Positions 1-8,872 of a stretch of 64,000 bases of DNA are shown here, in pieces. Location: positions 1 to 64,000 of IMG/VR virus record IMGVR_UViG_3300027779_003464. The stretch is one strand, 5' to 3'. The translations under genes were made by a program, and so were the position numbers. This stretch comes from a virus. Below the pieces are notes generated by a model. That model ran no database searches and was not told the origin of the DNA. It worked only from the letters and a program-made list of their open reading frames with translations. Within the stretch, counting starts at the first letter, position 1. Each line of letters opens with the position of its first letter.

Positions 1-1065
1 GACTTAAATCTAAATTTTGCGTCATTAACTAAGAGTATGGCAATGATTTCTCAATTAGGAGCAATAAAAGTAGATTTAAATCCATTTGCTCCTTGCTGCA
101 AAAAAGAAGATTTTTCTTTAGATTTAGGGGCAATTGGTCCAATTCTAGTAATACTTATGATGGCTAAAAACTTAATAAAAAGTCAAATAGAATCACTGAG
201 TATACCTGAGTTAAAGGCTCTATTTGGAGGTAAATCTGAAATAAGCGTAAGAGACTTAAGGTTAGGAATATTGACTATTATAAGAACTAAAATTCCGGAT
301 AGTTTAGAAGTTCCAGTACCAAGTATTGATTTCTCAGGAATAGCTAGTGCATTTGGTGGATTAACAAGTGCATTATCTTTACCACAGGCTTCTTTTCCAG
401 CTCCAATGAAAGCATTATCATTTCCAAAGCAATTTACCTTAGATTTAAATATGTTAAAGGCTCCATTAACTCAGCTTCTTCCAGACTTTCTAGAAGGTGG
501 AATGGGGATGGGATCAATACCTCAAGATTTTAATAGTGACTTAATGACAATTAATTCTAAGGATATAAAAGCAATGATTAAATCCTTTGTTGAAACAAAT
601 ATAGATTCTTTAGCTGATATTCTACAGAGTGCATATACATTAGTCGAGATTGCAAAATCAGCAAAGGGAGTAAATTTAAACGTTTTAGAAAATGCAGTAT
701 TCAATGTTCCACCATATGGAAAAGTAAGCGAATTGTTGTTTATAGCAAAAGGATTGATTAAAATGAATTTACCAAACTCATTAGGATATTCAAACATAGA
801 CCTAGCAGCACTAAGACCGGCGCTGGTGCTAATAAAGCCATTGTTATTACCTATTGTATCATCACCAGCAGCTTCAGTATTAGTTGCAGCGGCCGGGATG
901 GCAGAACAGCTTGACACGATTAGACTATTACATCCAATTTTAAACGAAGATGATATTCCGCCATGGGAAAGACTTTCTCTTTCTAATTTATTGTTTTTAA
1001 TTTTCTTAGATGAATTTTGTTCGACAGCAGCAGACCAAGTAGGATTTTTTAGAGCTTACTTATAA
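1..1065 (+). CDS. hypothetical protein, 5'-truncated by the window edge (Pro/Leu/Ile-rich, possibly structural)
   Basis: Frame is open from base 1 (GAC TTA AAT CTA...) through the ATG at 37 to TAA at 1065; no recognisable motif. Confidence 0.6.
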   Translation, partial: DLNLNFASLTKSMAMISQLGAIKVDLNPFAPCCKKEDFSLDLGAIGPILVILMMAKNLIKSQIESLSIPELKALFGGKSEISVRDLRLGILTIIRTKIPDSLEVPVPSIDFSGIASAFGGLTSALSLPQASFPAPMKALSFPKQFTLDLNMLKAPLTQLLPDFLEGGMGMGSIPQDFNSDLMTINSKDIKAMIKSFVETNIDSLADILQSAYTLVEIAKSAKGVNLNVLENAVFNVPPYGKVSELLFIAKGLIKMNLPNSLGYSNIDLAALRPALVLIKPLLLPIVSSPAASVLVAAAGMAEQLDTIRLLHPILNEDDIPPWERLSLSNLLFLIFLDEFCSTAADQVGFFRAYL

Positions 1066-1072
1066 TATACTA

Positions 1073-1099
1073 AAACTTATTGTAAAAGCGTTAGTATAA
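1073..1099 (+). promoter_or_regulatory. putative phage middle/ECF-like promoter AAAC-N17-GTATAA
   Basis: Same bipartite motif recurs upstream of about ten replication/metabolism genes. Confidence 0.6.
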
Positions 1100-1119
1100 T
1101 TAATATATAAAAAATTAAT

Positions 1120-2397
1120 ATGGAAACTCAACATAGACCAAGAATAATCAATAAAATTGCTGAAGTAGTTGATAAACGCGATTTGTCTGAGGATGCAGAA
1201 TATAATGCTGCATTGGAAGAGCACTCAATAAGTGAAGCAGAATTAGAAGATATTTTCGAAAGAGGAAACAGTAAATATAATACATCTATTAAGCTTACTG
1301 AAGAAGATCAAAGATCAAATATTAAAGTATATTGTAAAGAACCATACGCTCAAGAGCTTTATGATAAAATGAAAGCGTATGAGCTTGAAAATAATATATC
1401 TTTACATCAATGCAAAGATTTAGAGGCTGGTCAAATATATGAAGTTGAAGCAAAAAAGATAAGTTTCGAGGATAAATTAATTTTTACTGAAGAGGTAAAT
1501 ACTCAAGTCGAAATAACTATACCATTTAAAGAGTTTTCAAGATCAACAGATGAACTAACTCGCGGAGAAAAGTTAACATTCCACGTAATGGTATACAAAG
1601 TAGATGCTCAGGGAGAGTTTACTGGTTCTGAGAGAAAATGTGCGGCTATTAATTATAAAAAAGAACTAGTACAACACCAAAATGATAATACTTGGTTTGA
1701 GGTATCAATACTCAAATTAATAAAAGGAGGATATCTAGCAAAATATAAAGATGCAGTCGAGTGTTTTATACCTGGATCCCACGCAGGAGCTAATGTAATT
1801 AGAGATTTTAATAAATTATTAAATAAAACTATAAACGTAATGGTGGATAATTATGATCAGTCTAACGACTTGTTTATTTTATCTTATAAGAAATACATCA
1901 AGCAATCTATGCCTGATAAAGTAACCGATCTTAAATTTGGACATAGATATACTGGAATATTAACCACCTACCCACTTGATTTTGGAATATTTGTAGAATT
2001 TGAAGATTATTATACTGGATTAATTCATTCATCTGAGTTTGAAAACTATAATGAAGCTAAAAAATCATATAGATCCGGAGATGAAATTGAATTTTATGTT
2101 AAAAACGTAACTAATAAAGGTAAAAATTATAGGATAGTTTTAACATTAAATGAAAACAATATAGATCCAGATAAAAAAGAATGGGATAATCTAAGGGAAC
2201 AAACTGAAAATAAAAAGTTTGACTATTTAATAAATGCTAAGAATAATTCAATATCTATACAAATAGATGATATGGCATATGAAGTCTCTCTTAGAAGAAA
2301 AGATTTAGAAAGAAATCTTAATCAATTTCCACAGGTTAGAGTATTTAAAGTAGATCCTATAAATAGAAGATTGAAATTTGAATTCGTAGAAAAGTAA
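1120..2397 (+). CDS. ribosomal protein S1-like multi-S1-domain RNA-binding protein
   Basis: S1 repeats: KGGYLAKY..VECFIPGSH; DFGIFVEFEDYYTGLIHSSE..GDEIEFYV. Confidence 0.8.
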   Translation: METQHRPRIINKIAEVVDKRDLSEDAEYNAALEEHSISEAELEDIFERGNSKYNTSIKLTEEDQRSNIKVYCKEPYAQELYDKMKAYELENNISLHQCKDLEAGQIYEVEAKKISFEDKLIFTEEVNTQVEITIPFKEFSRSTDELTRGEKLTFHVMVYKVDAQGEFTGSERKCAAINYKKELVQHQNDNTWFEVSILKLIKGGYLAKYKDAVECFIPGSHAGANVIRDFNKLLNKTINVMVDNYDQSNDLFILSYKKYIKQSMPDKVTDLKFGHRYTGILTTYPLDFGIFVEFEDYYTGLIHSSEFENYNEAKKSYRSGDEIEFYVKNVTNKGKNYRIVLTLNENNIDPDKKEWDNLREQTENKKFDYLINAKNNSISIQIDDMAYEVSLRRKDLERNLNQFPQVRVFKVDPINRRLKFEFVEK

Positions 2398-2418
2398 ACC
2401 CCTTAAACATTATACATA

Positions 2419-3453
2419 ATGAAGACTGCCCTAACTTATGATGATATTCAGTTAATACCTAGTTATTCAAATGTTAAAACAAGAACAGAAGTAGATCTTT
2501 CTTGTAAAATATCTAAAAATTATTCTATTAAGATCCCGATTGTTGCATCTCCAATGGATACAGTATGTGGATATGAAATGGCGGCTAAGCTATATGAATT
2601 AGGAGGAGTAGGATGCATTCATAGATTTAATACAATAGAAGAACAATCAAGAATAGTTACCAAGTTAGCAGAAAATATAGATATTAATAAATATACTAAA
2701 TGGAAAAAGACTGTAAATTTACCAATAATGATTGCCATCGGCGTTCAAGAAGAAGATAAAGGTAGGGCAAAAGAGTGTATTAACAAAGGAGCAAATGTAA
2801 TAATTATTGATGTAGCTCATGGCGATCATGAAAATGTCATATCTATGATTAAATGGTGCAAACATAATTTACCAAGTAATGTGGATATTATTGCGGGAAA
2901 TATTGCGACCGCTGAGGCAGCAGTTAATCTACAAGAAGCAGGGGCAGACGGGTTAAGAGTAGGAATTGGAGGAGGATCCTTATGCACGACAAGAATTAAA
3001 ACAGGATTTGGAGTTCCAAACGTAACCTGTCTAGAAGAAATATTAGAAGTTGCTGAAGTTCCAATTATGGCAGACGGAGGTATTAGAACATCTGGAGATA
3101 TATCAAAAGCATTAGCGGTTGGGGCAGATTGTGTAATGATCGGCTCCCTTATTGCAGGAACTTTAGAATCCCCAGGTAAATTACAGGAAAAAGGTAATGG
3201 CCTATATAAAAGATATAGAGGTTCCGCTTCTTTAGAAACAAAAACAACCCACGGCCAAACTGAGAGAAATATAGAAGGAGAATCTACAATCATTCCATTT
3301 AAAGGAGGCGTTAAATATATTATAAAGGGCTTAACTGACGGTTTACGATCTGCGTGTTCATATGCCGGAGCAAATAGTCTATCTGAATTTCACCCAAAAT
3401 ACATTAGAGTAACAAATGCTGGATTAACAGAAGGAAAGCCTCATTTGTTATAA
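2419..3453 (+). CDS. IMP dehydrogenase/GMP reductase family protein lacking CBS domains
   Basis: LTYDDIQLIP, SPMDTV, DVAHG, catalytic GIGGGSLCTTR, ADGGIR, YRGSAS. Confidence 0.9.
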   Translation: MKTALTYDDIQLIPSYSNVKTRTEVDLSCKISKNYSIKIPIVASPMDTVCGYEMAAKLYELGGVGCIHRFNTIEEQSRIVTKLAENIDINKYTKWKKTVNLPIMIAIGVQEEDKGRAKECINKGANVIIIDVAHGDHENVISMIKWCKHNLPSNVDIIAGNIATAEAAVNLQEAGADGLRVGIGGGSLCTTRIKTGFGVPNVTCLEEILEVAEVPIMADGGIRTSGDISKALAVGADCVMIGSLIAGTLESPGKLQEKGNGLYKRYRGSASLETKTTHGQTERNIEGESTIIPFKGGVKYIIKGLTDGLRSACSYAGANSLSEFHPKYIRVTNAGLTEGKPHLL

Positions 3454-3461
3454 ATAATAGC

Positions 3462-4352
3462 ATGAAAGACCTCAGTAATTATGTTGGAAATACACCTCTG
3501 ATACCAATCACAATAGGAAAATATACAGTATGGGGTAAGTGTGAATTTATGAATCCATCAGGCAGCGTTAAAGATAGAATGGCATCGTATATTCTAGATA
3601 ATGCTGAAAGGGAAAAATTAGTTTCTCACGGAGATACTCTAGTTGAGGCTACATCTGGAAATACTGGAATCGCGCTCTCAATGTTAGCTGCTCAGAGAGG
3701 ATATAGCATATATATTATAATGCCTGAAAATATGAGTGAGGAGAGAAAACAAATGATGAAGTTTTATGGAGCTAAGATAATAGAAGTAGATGCTGGCGAT
3801 TTTGACGGTGCAATAAATCTAAGAGATGACATGTGTAAAAAGAAGGGCTGGTTTAACTGTAATCAATTTCATAATCCATTAAATATAATGGCCCACTACA
3901 AAACAACTGGCCCAGAAATATATAATCAGTATAAAGACCAAAATGGGGAAAAACAACCAGATGCACTCATAATGGGAACCGGAACCGGTGGAACTATAAT
4001 GGGAACTGGCAAATTTTTAAAAGAACTATGGCCAGACCTAAAAACAGTAGCAGTAGAACCTGCAGAATCTCCTGTAATGAGTGGTGGAGAGCCAGGTCTT
4101 CATGGAATACAGGGAATCGGAGATGGCAGCAAGTTCTTAGTAGATTTAAATAAAATAGAATCTATAAAAACAGTTAGAACTGAGTGTGCAAAGCAGATGG
4201 CAAAAACATTAGCTTTAGAATATGGTCTATTTGTAGGAATAAGTTCAGGAGCAAATGTTAAAGCATCATTCGAGTGGTTAATGGATAATGATAAAACTCA
4301 CGCAATAACAATACTGTGCGACAGGGGAGAGAGATACTTAAGCTGTCTATAA
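3462..4352 (+). CDS. PLP-dependent cysteine synthase (CysK/CysM family)
   Basis: VGNTPL, NPSGSVKDR (PLP lysine), EATSGNTG, GTGTGGT, HGIQGIG, CDRGERYLS. Confidence 0.92.
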   Translation: MKDLSNYVGNTPLIPITIGKYTVWGKCEFMNPSGSVKDRMASYILDNAEREKLVSHGDTLVEATSGNTGIALSMLAAQRGYSIYIIMPENMSEERKQMMKFYGAKIIEVDAGDFDGAINLRDDMCKKKGWFNCNQFHNPLNIMAHYKTTGPEIYNQYKDQNGEKQPDALIMGTGTGGTIMGTGKFLKELWPDLKTVAVEPAESPVMSGGEPGLHGIQGIGDGSKFLVDLNKIESIKTVRTECAKQMAKTLALEYGLFVGISSGANVKASFEWLMDNDKTHAITILCDRGERYLSCL

Positions 4353-4373
4353 ATTTTAAGAAAAAAGAGGTTA

Positions 4374-4937
4374 TTATATCTCTACAAAATAATAAAAGAC
4401 TATCTCATCTTCTGTAACTACATCTAACGTCCAAGTATATATGTTTTCATACCCCGAATAAGTAGTTTCATTAGTCTCATCATAAGGAGTACGATGCATC
4501 CAACCAAAGCTAATATTTTCATCAGATCCAGTATAAGTCAACCAAGTATTACCCTCACCAAATGTTTGAAACGGGGTAAAATCTGTAAAGGGGGGATAAT
4601 CTGGTTGCGGATTACCAAAACCTATAAGGTTTAAAAGAAGATCTCCGGTGTTTACGTATTGATCACTATTAATATCAAACTCAGAAGGAGATGTATTCCA
4701 TTCTGATAGGAAGTTGTTATTTACCGACGTATTAAAATGATATGTATTGCTATCTGCATACTCTACTCGATAGCAATGGAATTCAGTATTAAAAAGTTCT
4801 CCTAAAGAAGAATAAGATCTTTGATATTTAGCAGCTGGAATAATAGCTTTTTTATTGCAACCCGCAGATAACATAAATACTATTACCATAATAGCTATGT
4901 AAATTAAACTGCTAATATCTAATTTCTGAGTTTTCAT
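4374..4937 (-). CDS. putative lipoprotein with a dockerin/EF-hand-like Ca-binding loop
   Basis: Hydrophobic N-terminus ending in lipobox-like LSAG-C; DINSDQYVNTGDLL motif. Confidence 0.55.
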   Translation of the reverse strand: MKTQKLDISSLIYIAIMVIVFMLSAGCNKKAIIPAAKYQRSYSSLGELFNTEFHCYRVEYADSNTYHFNTSVNNNFLSEWNTSPSEFDINSDQYVNTGDLLLNLIGFGNPQPDYPPFTDFTPFQTFGEGNTWLTYTGSDENISFGWMHRTPYDETNETTYSGYENIYTWTLDVVTEDEIVFYYFVEI

Positions 4938-4987
4938 AAATATCTTTATTATTATCTATTAGCGGATGCCTAGAATATAGTTAGATT

Positions 4988-5038
4988 GATGTTAACTTTA
5001 AGTTAAATCTATGTAAACTCTATGTAAATTCCAAGTAA
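4988..5038 (-). promoter_or_regulatory. five direct repeats at 11-bp period (Pho-box/OmpR-family-like operator)
   Basis: Minus strand reads GTTACTT-N4-TTTACAT-N4-TTTACAT-N4-TTAACTT-N4-TTAACAT upstream of ORF 4374..4937. Confidence 0.55.
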
Positions 5039-5060
5039 CAAATAAAACCCTACTTTTTAG

Positions 5061-5086
5061 AAACTATGTTAACAACCTAAGTATAA
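5061..5086 (+). promoter_or_regulatory. putative ECF-like promoter AAAC-N16-GTATAA for nrdJ
   Basis: aaac tatgttaacaacctaa gtataa. Confidence 0.6.
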
Positions 5087-5170
5087 AAATCTAAATAAAT
5101 TTTTAAAATTTAAAATACAAATTGACAGTTCAAAATAAATAATCTAAATGATTTACAATTTTAACTCAAT

Positions 5171-5251
5171 ACACCTAAGATAAGGCTTTTTTACACAAAG
5201 ACTTTAATGTCGCTGCCTCCCATATCGGAGGCAAACCTATCTTAGATTGTG
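5171..5251 (+). promoter_or_regulatory. structured 5' leader element upstream of class II RNR
   Basis: Outer stem ctaagata(a)gg/cctatcttag encloses hairpin tgcctcc-catatc-ggaggca and a small gac/gtc hairpin. Confidence 0.45.
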
Positions 5252-5277
5252 AATTAATAAAAAAAAAAATAAAAAAG

Positions 5278-7137
5278 ATGGAGATAACCAGTCAAATTTT
5301 ATCGGAGATTACAGTTTATATGAAGTATGCAAAATATGTACCTGAATTAAATAGGAGAGAAACTTGGAAAGAATTAGTTACTCGAAATAAAAATATGCAT
5401 ATTAAAAGTTATCCTAAATTAAAGGATGAAATCGAAAATGTATATAAGTTAGTATATGATAAAAAGGTTTTACCATCAATGAGGAGTTTACAGTTTGGAG
5501 GAAAACCAATTGAAATATCTCCAAACAGAGTATATAATTGCGCATATATGCCAATCGATCATCTTGATTCCTTTAGTGAATGTATGTTTTTGTTGTTAGG
5601 GGGAACTGGTGTTGGATACTCAGTTCAAAAACATCATGTAGAAAAATTACCACCAGTTAATAGACCATACCCTAAAAGAAGAAGAAGGTTTTTAATTGGG
5701 GATTCTATAGAGGGATGGGCTGATGCCATAAAAGTATTAATGAAGTCATACCTTAATGGTAAAGGATCTAGAATAGAATTTGATTATTCAGATATTCGGC
5801 CAAAGGGAGCACAGTTAGTAACATCTGGAGGTAAAGCCCCAGGTCCTCAACCTCTAAAAGAATGTATTGTTAAATTAACAGGTATATTAGACTCTAAAGA
5901 AGATGGAGAACAACTAACTACATTAGAAACTCATGATATTGTATGTTATATAGCAGATGCAGTTCTAGCTGGTGGTATTAGACGTGCAGCCCTTATTAGT
6001 TTATTTTCTGCAGATGATAACCAAATGATATCTTGTAAAACCGGTAGCTGGTGGGAACTAAATGCACAAAGAGGTAGAGCAAATAATTCAGCAGTATTAA
6101 TGAGACATAAAATAACAAGAGAATTCTTTATGGATCTTTGGAAAAGAGTTGAATTATCTGGGGCAGGTGAACCGGGTATATACTTTAATAATGATAAAGA
6201 TTGGGGAACTAATCCATGTTGTGAAATAGCACTGAGGCCATATCAATTCTGTAATTTATGTGAAGTAAATGTATCTAATATAGAAGATCAAGATGATCTT
6301 AATGATAGAGTGAAAGCCGCAGCGTTTATTGGTACACTTCAAGCTGGATATACTGATTTCCATTATCTAAGAGATATATGGAGAGAAACAACAGAAAAAG
6401 ATGCTCTCATTGGGGTGTCAATGACAGGAATAGGATCAGGTGTAGTGTTAGGCTACGATTTGGAAAAAGCAGCAGACGTGGTAAAAAGAGAAAATTCAAG
6501 AGTTTCTAAATTAATTGGAATTAATAAAGCAGCTAGATGTACTACTGTAAAGCCGGCAGGAACAACATCCTTAACCCTTGGGACAAGCTCTGGTATCCAT
6601 GCATGGCATAATGATTACTACATTAGGAGAATTAGAGTAGGAAAAAATGAATCAATCTACGGATACCTGGCAGAACATCATCCTGAGCTAGTTGAGGATG
6701 AATATTTTAGGCCACACGATACAGCAGTAATTAGTATACCACAGTCGGCGCCTAAAGGTTCTATAATGAGAACAGAATCTCCTTTTGATTTACTAGAAAG
6801 AGTAAAGAAAATGTCAAAGGAATGGATTAAACCTGGACATAGATCCGGATCCAATACTCATAATATATCTGCAACTATATCTCTTAAAGAAGACGATTGG
6901 GAATTAGCAGGAGAATGGATGTGGGAAAATAGAAAATATTATAACGGATTGTCAGTTTTACCATATAATGGAGGAACATATATTCAAGCACCGTTTGAAG
7001 ATATTACTAAAGAGAAATATAATGAACTCCTTAAGCCACTTACGGAAGTAAATTTATCTAATGTAATAGAAGATGACGACAATACTAACTTAACTGGAGA
7101 ATTAGCTTGTGCAGGTGGAGCATGTGAAATAAAGTAA
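5278..7137 (+). CDS. nrdJ: adenosylcobalamin-dependent (class II) ribonucleotide reductase
   Basis: LPSMR, YNCAY, GGIRRAA, TNPCCEI, CNLCEVN, TTVKPAGT, C-terminal CAGGACEIK; no ATP cone. Confidence 0.92.
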   Translation: MEITSQILSEITVYMKYAKYVPELNRRETWKELVTRNKNMHIKSYPKLKDEIENVYKLVYDKKVLPSMRSLQFGGKPIEISPNRVYNCAYMPIDHLDSFSECMFLLLGGTGVGYSVQKHHVEKLPPVNRPYPKRRRRFLIGDSIEGWADAIKVLMKSYLNGKGSRIEFDYSDIRPKGAQLVTSGGKAPGPQPLKECIVKLTGILDSKEDGEQLTTLETHDIVCYIADAVLAGGIRRAALISLFSADDNQMISCKTGSWWELNAQRGRANNSAVLMRHKITREFFMDLWKRVELSGAGEPGIYFNNDKDWGTNPCCEIALRPYQFCNLCEVNVSNIEDQDDLNDRVKAAAFIGTLQAGYTDFHYLRDIWRETTEKDALIGVSMTGIGSGVVLGYDLEKAADVVKRENSRVSKLIGINKAARCTTVKPAGTTSLTLGTSSGIHAWHNDYYIRRIRVGKNESIYGYLAEHHPELVEDEYFRPHDTAVISIPQSAPKGSIMRTESPFDLLERVKKMSKEWIKPGHRSGSNTHNISATISLKEDDWELAGEWMWENRKYYNGLSVLPYNGGTYIQAPFEDITKEKYNELLKPLTEVNLSNVIEDDDNTNLTGELACAGGACEIK

Positions 7138-7156
7138 AGATTTCCTATTATTTTTA

Positions 7157-7170
7157 GATAAATAATAAAA
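7157..7170 (+). promoter_or_regulatory. putative late promoter GATAAATAATAAAA
   Basis: T4 late-like TAAATA core; same motif precedes the sheath and protease genes and the tail-tube operon. Confidence 0.65.
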
Positions 7171-7181
7171 ATAATTGAGTA

Positions 7182-7664
7182 ATGAAAAGTCTAAAACATC
7201 TTCATTCTTATACTTCTTATTTAAATGAACAGGAAATGGATCCAATGGGTGGAGATCCTGCTACTACAGCTCCTCCTAAACAACAGGATTATCGATTTAT
7301 TTTCATAAAAAAAGGAGAACTAGGAGATTATCAGTACCCTGATGGTAGCTCATCTAGTAATTTTACTACTTATAAATTGTCTCAATCTGAACTAAATGAT
7401 TGGGTAGGAAAAAATGTAATTAGTCCAAAGGATAAAGACATTCCTTCCTCAGTTTTAGATATAAAGAAGAAAGCACTAATTGAGTATATAGCAGGATTAA
7501 AAGATGGAATATCTCCGGATAGTAAAGATTATGTTGAATCCTTTAGAAAAGCATGTGTAGGTAATCAAATTGGGGTTAACCAACATGCAACAGAGGTAGT
7601 ATTTTCTCCTGGAGATAATATCCCAACAACTGATATACTTGACGTTACTTTTATATTAGTATAA
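7182..7664 (+). CDS. hypothetical protein, candidate internal head protein
   Basis: Late promoter; N-terminal MKSLKHLHSYTSYLNE tag. Confidence 0.6.
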   Translation: MKSLKHLHSYTSYLNEQEMDPMGGDPATTAPPKQQDYRFIFIKKGELGDYQYPDGSSSSNFTTYKLSQSELNDWVGKNVISPKDKDIPSSVLDIKKKALIEYIAGLKDGISPDSKDYVESFRKACVGNQIGVNQHATEVVFSPGDNIPTTDILDVTFILV

Positions 7665-7665
7665 T

Positions 7666-8439
7666 ATGAATAATCTAAAATCATTTAAACAATTTATAAA
7701 TGAAAATCTAGAATCTACTATAATTTTAGTAGAGTCTTGTGTTTCGGATATACTTAATATATTATCTAAAGAAATTGAATCTAATTCCTCAAATGATATA
7801 AATTACATTATACTTCCCAAATTAGAATATAACGATGACGAATATAAAGTAGACATAGAGGTAGAATATAGATTAGATAATTCTCCTGATATTCCGTCGG
7901 ATTCACACTTCAAAACTTTACCTTGGGAAGAAATAAATTTTAATCACTATGGATTTGCAATTGATTCAAATATGATAATAAACAATGATGATTTAATTAT
8001 TCCAAAAATAGTAGTTAGCTTAATAATTAATCCAGAGTTAATTCCTAAGTTATATAAAGAATTAAATTATAGATTAATTGATATAATTACCCATGAATTA
8101 AATCATACTCAGCAAATTGGAATAAACCGTAAACCTTTTAATGTTAGACCGTCTGACCATAATACTAGAGATAAGGCCGATTGCTTTAAATATTTGATAC
8201 TACCAGAAGAAGTTGAGTCGATGGTAGAAGGAATGTATGTAAGATCTAAAAAACAAGGAGTACAGATTGATAAAATATTTGACAAATATTTGACACCATT
8301 TTTAATGTCGAATAAGATAACAAACGAAGAATATCTAGAAGTTTTAAAAACTTGGATATATTACACCCTCGAGAACTATCCTGATGCAAAATTGTCCCTA
8401 GAGGATGAAAAAATACATAAAATAGTGAATTCTATTTAA
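7666..8439 (+). CDS. HExxH metallopeptidase-like protein, candidate virion-packaged
   Basis: IITHELNHTQQ followed by a Y...PEEVES motif; N-terminal MNNLKSFKQFINE tag. Confidence 0.55.
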   Translation: MNNLKSFKQFINENLESTIILVESCVSDILNILSKEIESNSSNDINYIILPKLEYNDDEYKVDIEVEYRLDNSPDIPSDSHFKTLPWEEINFNHYGFAIDSNMIINNDDLIIPKIVVSLIINPELIPKLYKELNYRLIDIITHELNHTQQIGINRKPFNVRPSDHNTRDKADCFKYLILPEEVESMVEGMYVRSKKQGVQIDKIFDKYLTPFLMSNKITNEEYLEVLKTWIYYTLENYPDAKLSLEDEKIHKIVNSI

Positions 8440-8485
8440 AACCAATTGTATTTCACCTGTATAATACTATTAAAATTAAATAATT

Positions 8486-8740
8486 ATGACAAACTTTAAT
8501 CAATTCGAAGAGCGTGTAGCTCTAGTAAAATCTGAAATCTTTAATGAGATTGACAGATTAGTAGAAGAAATGAAAATCAGCGGAGACGTTGAAAAATTTT
8601 ATGAGAAAGGTGTTAAAAGCGCTGGCGGTAGACTTAGAAAAAATCTACAGCTTATTAGAAAAGCGATTCATCACCCAACTAATAGAAATAAAATGGCTTC
8701 AATTCAAGACGCTGCTAAAGAACTAAGATCAAATATCTAA
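8486..8740 (+). CDS. histone H1-like nucleoid protein (Hc1 family, Bacteroidota type)
   Basis: DVEKFYEKGVKSAGGRLRKNLQ resembles the Hc1 family signature; preceded by AAAC-N16-GTATAA at 8439-8464. Confidence 0.7.
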   Translation: MTNFNQFEERVALVKSEIFNEIDRLVEEMKISGDVEKFYEKGVKSAGGRLRKNLQLIRKAIHHPTNRNKMASIQDAAKELRSNI

Positions 8741-8769
8741 TATAGTATATTAGAATATATCTTAAGATT

Positions 8770-8799
8770 AAAAAAGGATAGCGAAAGTTATCCTTTTTT
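8770..8799 (+). terminator. intrinsic terminator
   Basis: aaaaaggatagc-gaaa-gttatcctttttt hairpin with U-tract. Confidence 0.8.
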
Positions 8800-8872
8800 A
8801 ATCACTAAATGAAACCTTACTAAGAAAGTAAGTACAATAAACTAAAATTATAAACAAAAAAACTTAATTAAA

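Noticed and set aside
5171-5251. Canonical cobalamin riboswitch upstream of nrdJ
   Set aside because: No recognisable B12-box or GGGAA consensus; kept only as an unclassified structured leader
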